From Myxococcota bacterium (lineage in GTDB: Bacteria; Myxococcota_A; UBA9160; UBA6930): DNA of 64,000 nucleotides. The stretch lies in NCBI GenBank assembly GCA_965223415.1, contig OZ245002.1, positions 2,080,001 to 2,144,000 of the forward strand. The letters run 5' to 3'. Numbering within the stretch: the first letter of the stretch is position 1; each line of letters starts with the position of its first letter. The position numbers and the translations under genes are program-made. The notes under the pieces were generated by a model, which saw only the letters and a list, made by a program, of their open reading frames with translations, did not search any database and was not told where the DNA came from. Positions 58,765-64,000 of the stretch are shown one piece after another.

Positions 58765-59882
58765 ATCGAGTCGAAGCCCCACACGTAGAGAGGGAAAGGC
58801 AACCGGCCGCCTACCGCCTCCCGCTCCGCCGGCGTCAGTGCCGCGTGGAGTGAGGCTGCAGCTGGTGCGTCCTCTCCGCCGAAGAGCAGCGACAACGCCT
58901 GGGCGTGGTTCAGCCGCAGCTCACCCTCGCCTCCGCCCAGCCGTACGCCGTCACGGCTGTTCGCGAGGGCAACGCGCGCGAGCTCCGGCCGGTCGGCGGC
59001 GATCGCCCGCCACAGCCCTGCCGGATCCAGCAGCCGCATCAGGGCGAAGCTCCCCTCCTTGCCCACGGCGCCCGCGTCGTCCAGGAGCTTTGCCAGCAGG
59101 TCGGCGCCCGGGCCGACCATCAAGGCCAGGGCGCGGCGCTCCGCCAGGAGCTCCAACAGGCAGGCCAGCACGCCGGTCGCCTGGCCGGCCCACTCGTGGA
59201 CGACGTCCGCGAAGTCGTCGCCGCGGCCGAGGGCGGCATAGGCGATCGGGCGGCCCCGGTGGTGGGCGACGCGCAGGTCGACCTGGGGGCCGGCGGCGAG
59301 TCGCGCCAACTCGCCGGGGCTGCGCTCCGCCCGGAACGGCTTGGCGTCGTAGAGGGCCTCGAGAGCGCTCCACTCCCTCTCCACCGGCGGGCCCACGTCG
59401 AGGAGGGCCGCGCCCTCCAGTCGCGCGCTGGCGCGGCGGACGACCGTTTCGTCGACAAACAGGAAGCGCTCGCGGCCGGCCGGATGGAAACCCAGGCGCC
59501 GGTAGAAATCCTGGCGATCGCTCCACAAGAGGGCGAGCGGGATGTCCTCGCTCCGCAAGCGCTCGGAACAGGCCTCGACGCAGCGGCTCGCCAGTCCGCG
59601 CCCTCGAGCGGCCTCCTCCGTGTACACGAGGCCGATCATGCCGAGCCGCAGGCGAAGCCCACCGACGCGGGCGGTCGTGCGGTGGATCATGGCGTGAGCC
59701 AACGGCCGATCGCCCTCGCGCACCAGGAGCTGGTCGGCTGCGTGCTCCCTTCTCAGGGAAATCGGGTACTCCGCCTCGAGTCTTCCCCGGGTTCCTCCGC
59801 GAAGTCCGTCGTCGAGCCAGTCGACGACAGACCGCCACTCGTCGTCGTCGACAGCAGCGAGCGTGGCGCGCTCTGCATCCAT
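58761..59882 (-). CDS. Eis-like GNAT acetyltransferase
   Basis: [22 protein letters not shown]...FYRRLGF; tandem GNAT folds; C-terminal WGFDSI. Confidence 0.8.
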   Translation of the reverse strand: MDAERATLAAVDDDEWRSVVDWLDDGLRGGTRGRLEAEYPISLRREHAADQLLVREGDRPLAHAMIHRTTARVGGLRLRLGMIGLVYTEEAARGRGLASRCVEACSERLRSEDIPLALLWSDRQDFYRRLGFHPAGRERFLFVDETVVRRASARLEGAALLDVGPPVEREWSALEALYDAKPFRAERSPGELARLAAGPQVDLRVAHHRGRPIAYAALGRGDDFADVVHEWAGQATGVLACLLELLAERRALALMVGPGADLLAKLLDDAGAVGKEGSFALMRLLDPAGLWRAIAADRPELARVALANSRDGVRLGGGEGELRLNHAQALSLLFGGEDAPAAASLHAALTPAEREAVGGRLPFPLYVWGFDSI

Positions 59883-59894
59883 GGAAGGGCGAAT

Positions 59895-59910
59895 CGCAAG
59901 AACGATGCCG
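59895..59910 (-). promoter_or_regulatory. sigma54 promoter of the Eis-like GNAT gene
   Basis: Minus strand CGGCAT-CGTTC-TTGCG, GG-N10-GC, ending 12 nt before the ATG. Confidence 0.55.
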
Positions 59911-60108
59911 CGTTCTCGCCGGCGCTCGTCGTCCCTCGACGACGAATTGTGTCGCGACCTTTCGACCTGAAACGCGGAAGGCGTGCCGGTGGAACGGTGG
60001 TTCGCATCACACAAGTGCAGCGCGCGCGCATCCGCAGGGGAAAGGCCGCGCCGGCCTCTGGAGACGGCGAAACATGCATGCTAGGCCAGGCGTTTCGCCC
60101 AGGGCCGG

Positions 60109-60124
60109 TGGCACCCGCCTTGCA
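60109..60124 (+). promoter_or_regulatory. sigma54 promoter of flagellin
   Basis: TGGCACC-CGCC-TTGCA. Confidence 0.85.
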
Positions 60125-60213
60125 GCCAGGAGCGTCCGGGCCTCGTGTGAGCGTGCTCTCGCGGTGCCCCCCCATCCGGGACGCTCGAGTGAGTGCCTCG
60201 GAAGCCAGAAGAG

Positions 60214-60254
60214 GGCTCACCAAGGATCGGTGAGTCAGGACCGTTCACGGAGGA
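60214..60254 (+). promoter_or_regulatory. candidate CsrA-binding sites in the fliC leader
   Basis: Stem CTCACC/GGTGAG with AAGGATC loop, plus CAGGA and ACGGAGGA over the SD. Confidence 0.6.
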
Positions 60255-60265
60255 AACAGAATCCA

Positions 60266-61090
60266 ATGGGTCTTCGAGTCAACAACAACATCGCTTCGCT
60301 CAACGCGCAGCGAAACCTCGCCACCACCACGAACAACCTGCAGCGTTCGCTGGAGCGGCTGTCCTCGGGTCTGCGGATCACTCGCGCGTCCGACGATGCG
60401 GCCGGTCTGGCGATCTCCGAGCGGTTCCGCGCCGAGGTGCGGAGTCTCCAGCAGGCGCAGCGGAACGCCAACGACGGCATTTCGCTGCTGCAGATCGCGG
60501 AAGGCGCCCTCAACGAGACGAGCGGCATCCTCACGCGTCTGCGCGAGCTCGCCATCCAGTCGGCGAACGGCACCCTCGGGACCGCCGAGCGCACCACACT
60601 GGACAACGAGTTCAACGACTTGGTGACGGAGATCGGGCGGATCGCCCAGGTGACGGAGTTCAACGGCACCAAGCTGTTGGACGGCACGGCGCCGAGCGTC
60701 ACCTTCCAGGTGGGATCGAACAACACGGCCAACGACCAGATCACGGTCACTGGCGTGGATGCCACTGCCACCGGAATCGGCATCAGCGCGGCCGGTATCG
60801 ATACGGTTGCCAACGCCCAGGCGGCGCTGTCGCTGATCGACTCGGCCATCGGAACCGTCGCGTCCCTGCGCGCCGGCTTCGGTACCGCCCAGAACCGCCT
60901 CGAGTCCACGATCCGATCGATCGCGGTCTCCGTGGAGAACACCACGGCGGCCGAGTCCCGGATCCGCGACGTCGATGTGGCCTCCGAGACCGCCATCCTG
61001 ACGCGGAACCAGGTTCTGCAGCAGGCCGGCATCTCGGTGCTCGCCCAGGCGAACGTGTCGACGCAGAACGCGTTGGCCCTGCTCCAGTAG
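60266..61090 (+). CDS. fliC: flagellin (274 aa)
   Basis: RVNNN, LSSGLRI..ASDDAAG, QNRLE, SRIRDVD, LAQAN. Confidence 0.97.
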   Translation: MGLRVNNNIASLNAQRNLATTTNNLQRSLERLSSGLRITRASDDAAGLAISERFRAEVRSLQQAQRNANDGISLLQIAEGALNETSGILTRLRELAIQSANGTLGTAERTTLDNEFNDLVTEIGRIAQVTEFNGTKLLDGTAPSVTFQVGSNNTANDQITVTGVDATATGIGISAAGIDTVANAQAALSLIDSAIGTVASLRAGFGTAQNRLESTIRSIAVSVENTTAAESRIRDVDVASETAILTRNQVLQQAGISVLAQANVSTQNALALLQ

Positions 61091-61098
61091 TCCCCATC

Positions 61099-61174
61099 GC
61101 GGAGCGCGGCGACGCGGCCGCGCTCCGCACCCCCCGTTCGCCCCGGAGGCGGGTCCGACCCCCGCCTCCGGGGC
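61099..61174 (+). terminator. two tandem GC-rich hairpins between fliC and fliD
   Basis: 12-bp stem at 61099-61128 and 14-bp stem at 61140-61174; no U-tract. Confidence 0.55.
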
Positions 61175-61210
61175 CAACCGCGTCCCCAAGAATGATGAGG
61201 AACACGGGAG

Positions 61211-62620
61211 ATGGGAATCCGAGTCGGCGGGCTCTCCACGGGCCTGGACACCGCAGCGCTGATCGAGGCCTTCGTGGCCTTCGAGCGCCGTCCGCTCGAT
61301 CTCGTGGAGGCGCGCAAGGCCGAAGTCGAGACCCAGCAGTCCCTGTTCCGGGATCTGAACAGCAAGCTCCAGGCGCTGCGCGACGCGGCCGCGGCTGTCG
61401 ACAACCAGAACAGCCTCCTCACCGGCCCGACCCTCGACGAGGAGCTCCTCGAGTTCGGCGTCCTCTCGTCGAACGAGAGCGTGCTTACTGGTAACGCGAC
61501 CGGCAACGCGACGCCCGGCAGCCTCGACGTGGAGGTGGAACGGCTCGCGACAGTCGGCCGCCGCTTCTCCGCGGCGTTCGCCGACGACACGGCGATCATC
61601 GCCAACTCCGGCGAGACGCTGAGCATCGACTACGGCGGCACGAGCAACATCGACATCACGGTCGGTGCCACAGGTTCCAGCCTCCAGGACCTGAAAGACG
61701 CGATCAACACGGATTCCAACAATCAGGGCAACGTGCGCGCCGACATCCTCTTCGACGGCACGAGCTATCGGCTGATCGTGTCCGGTGCCAACACCGGCGC
61801 GGCCAACGACGTCAGCGTCACCACCACCATCTCCGGGCCCGGTGCCCTGCCCTTCGTGGACGCGGCACTGGACCAGGCGGCCCAGGACGCCCGGGTCAAG
61901 GTCTTCGGGAACATCACGATCGATCGGCCCGAGAACGACATCACCGACGTCGTGCCAGGCCTCACCCTGAAGCTTCACGCAGCGGATCCGGGCTTCCCGG
62001 TCACTCTCGACGTGCAGCGCGACGACGAGAAGCTCGCCGAGAAGTTCCAGGCGTTCGTGGACGCCTACAACAGCGTCGTCGACTTCGTGAACTCCCAGAG
62101 CCGCTTCGACGAGGAGGCCGAGAAGGCCGGGCCGCTCTCCGGCAACCCGACCCTGCGCGGCATCCAGTTCGCACTCCAGAACGCACTGCAGGGGAGCTCG
62201 GCGAATCCCTACCAGTTCGCCGGCAACCCCCTGCGCTCGGCCGGCGAGTTCGGCATCGAGCTCGGTTCCGACGGCAGGCTCAACCTGAACACGACCGAGA
62301 TGACCGAGAAGCTCGACGAGGACCCGTTCGCCGTGCGCCAGTTCCTGGCTGGCGACGGGACCGACGACGGAATGGCCCTCGCCATGGCCAAGGCCGTCGA
62401 CGAGTACATCCGCTCCGGCGACGGCATCCTGGCCGGCGTCGATGAGTCGCTCCAGAACCGCATCGCGAACTTCGAGGTCCAGATCGAGCGCTTCGAGGCG
62501 CGGCTCGAGAAGCGGGAGGAGCTGCTCGTGCTCCAGTTCTCGCGCCTCGAGTCCTCGATCGCCGCGCTCCAGGCCCAGGGGAACTCGCTGAACGGCCTCT
62601 TGCTCACCAGATCGGTGTAG
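61211..62620 (+). CDS. fliD: flagellar cap protein FliD
   Basis: GLSTGLDT, AQDA, FVDAYN, QFSRLE. Confidence 0.92.
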   Translation: MGIRVGGLSTGLDTAALIEAFVAFERRPLDLVEARKAEVETQQSLFRDLNSKLQALRDAAAAVDNQNSLLTGPTLDEELLEFGVLSSNESVLTGNATGNATPGSLDVEVERLATVGRRFSAAFADDTAIIANSGETLSIDYGGTSNIDITVGATGSSLQDLKDAINTDSNNQGNVRADILFDGTSYRLIVSGANTGAANDVSVTTTISGPGALPFVDAALDQAAQDARVKVFGNITIDRPENDITDVVPGLTLKLHAADPGFPVTLDVQRDDEKLAEKFQAFVDAYNSVVDFVNSQSRFDEEAEKAGPLSGNPTLRGIQFALQNALQGSSANPYQFAGNPLRSAGEFGIELGSDGRLNLNTTEMTEKLDEDPFAVRQFLAGDGTDDGMALAMAKAVDEYIRSGDGILAGVDESLQNRIANFEVQIERFEARLEKREELLVLQFSRLESSIAALQAQGNSLNGLLLTRSV

Positions 62621-62648
62621 ACGACGGACCACACGTCTCGGAGGGGAG

Positions 62649-63023
62649 ATGGGAAACCGGTACCAGCAGATGGACATCTCGACGGCGTCGCCGGAGGCGA
62701 TCGTCGCGAAGCTGTTCCAGGGTGCGATCCGCCACGCGCGCCGCGCACGGTCGCTGGACACCGACGGGCCGCCCGGAGAGCGGGGCCAGTCCATCTCCAA
62801 GGCCGTCGCGATCGTCGGGGAGCTCCGCAGCTCACTCGACCACGACCGCGGCGGTGAGATCGCGGACAACCTGGCCCGGCTCTACGACTTCGTGATCGAG
62901 CGGCTCACCGAGGCCAACCTGCGCCGAGCGGGTCAGCCCATCGACGACGCGCTGCAGGTGCTCGACACCCTCGAAGAGGCGTGGGCCGAGCTGGCCCGCC
63001 GCGGTGAGCGGGGCGCGGCGTGA
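62649..63023 (+). CDS. fliS: flagellin chaperone FliS
   Basis: TASPE...GGEIADNLARLYDF...EAW. Confidence 0.9.
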   Translation: MGNRYQQMDISTASPEAIVAKLFQGAIRHARRARSLDTDGPPGERGQSISKAVAIVGELRSSLDHDRGGEIADNLARLYDFVIERLTEANLRRAGQPIDDALQVLDTLEEAWAELARRGERGAA

Positions 63024-63355
63024 GCGCCCTGGCCGCCCGCGCCCGAGCGCTGCGGAAGGCGGCGATCGCCCTGGCGGCGGCGGTGGAGCAGGGCGAGCCC
63101 GAGAGCCTGGAGGCGGCCCTCTCCGTGAGGGAGACGGCCTTCGAGCAGCTCCTCGAAGGAGCCGGCGACGGCCTCGACGCCAAGAGCCGGCCGATCGTGG
63201 AGGAAGTGATCGCCCTCGACGCCCGGATCCAGCAACGGCTCCGCGAACAGCAGGCCGCGATCCGGGCCGAGCTCGACCAGATCGCCCACACCCGCCGGGT
63301 GGTCGCCCGCGAGACCGCCGACGACGTACCGCGCTTCGTGAGCCGGCGCGCATGA
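63020..63355 (+). CDS. fliT: FliT-like protein
   Basis: Helical, located after fliS, ends PRFVSRRA. Confidence 0.6.
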   Translation: MSALAARARALRKAAIALAAAVEQGEPESLEAALSVRETAFEQLLEGAGDGLDAKSRPIVEEVIALDARIQQRLREQQAAIRAELDQIAHTRRVVARETADDVPRFVSRRA

Positions 63356-64000
63356 GCGACGAAGAAGCCCAGGAGGTGGCCGAACAGGCTCCGGAAGAGG
63401 AGCCCGAGACGACCGAAGAGGCCGAGAGCGGCGAGGCGGGCGCCGAATCGCCGGACGCGGCCGAGCTCGATGCGGAGGCGCTGGCCGGCGTGGCTCGGGA
63501 CTTCGCCGCGACCTTCTCGAAGGACCTCTCCGCGCTCCTCGGTGCCGACGCGAGCCTCTCGGTCCAGGGCACTTCCGTCGCGCAGCCCGACGCGCTCGTG
63601 TGTCCCGACGCCGTCGTCGATCAGCTCGCGCGATGCGAGGGCGAGCCGGCCCGAAGTCTGCACGTGCTGGTTCCCGTTGCCGACGCCGTCGGAATGGGGG
63701 CTCTCCAGGCAGGCGGCGAAGGTGATGCGGTGACCGAGGCGCGGGAGGGCGGGGACTTCGCTGCCCACGCCGAGGCCTTCGGCGAGGTGATGAAGCTCGC
63801 GGCCGCTGTGCTCTCCAAGCTGCTCGAGCCCCACGGTGTCGGCCCGCTCGCCCTGCAGGACGCACGGCCGCTGGAGGACGCGGCGAGCGACACCTCCTGG
63901 CTCGGCGACGCGGCCCAGTGGTGCCTGCGCCTCGAGCTCGGCGTGGAGGGCTTCGACGGGGCGCCGCTCCTCGTCCTCCTCGAGAAGGTGGAGGGCGACG
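63352..64000 (+). CDS. CheC/FliY-like fold protein, 3'-partial
   Basis: ATGA overlap; open to the window end; acidic N-terminus, LSALLG...AFGEVMKLAAAVLS. Confidence 0.5.
   Translation, partial: MSDEEAQEVAEQAPEEEPETTEEAESGEAGAESPDAAELDAEALAGVARDFAATFSKDLSALLGADASLSVQGTSVAQPDALVCPDAVVDQLARCEGEPARSLHVLVPVADAVGMGALQAGGEGDAVTEAREGGDFAAHAEAFGEVMKLAAAVLSKLLEPHGVGPLALQDARPLEDAASDTSWLGDAAQWCLRLELGVEGFDGAPLLVLLEKVEGD

Overview
Very GC-rich DNA from a diderm bacterium (flgH/flgI present). Gene style is deltaproteobacterial/Myxococcota-like, but this is an unverified impression. The window has three parts. (1) 1-22.9 kb: a dense run of about 40 small single-domain genes (VOC, MAPEG, GFA, MOSC, GST, RidA, ABM, SnoaL, GNAT, Ogt, Pcm, LspA and others). 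It includes several decayed or chimeric genes, two probable CTG starts and a perfect 35-bp nested hairpin resembling a REPIN. (2) 22.9-35.3 kb: a c-di-GMP module (CBS-GGDEF plus PilZ) and a flagellin-glycosylation locus with pseB, pseC, maf, pseG, pseI and a PseF/SpsF-like cytidylyltransferase. It has no pseH but carries WbqC, a SAM methyltransferase and a B12 radical-SAM enzyme. (3) 35.4-64 kb: a flagellar cluster with a PomA/B-type stator, a sigma54 activator with a degenerate receiver, fliLMN, a fliO-fliP fusion, fliQR, flhBAFG, HDOD, flgFGAHIJNKL, csrA, fliW, fliCDST and an intact IS630. The most notable signal read directly from the sequence is a set of six sigma54 (-24/-12) promoters, two of them abutting back-to-back. 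A shared TTC-N5-GAAACG-like motif lies near them and upstream of the activator gene. fliA and flgM are absent from their usual positions, and the flagellin leader has a CsrA-type GGA hairpin. Together these suggest a sigma28-independent flagellar and glycosylation regulon that may make an unusual pseudaminic-acid derivative.
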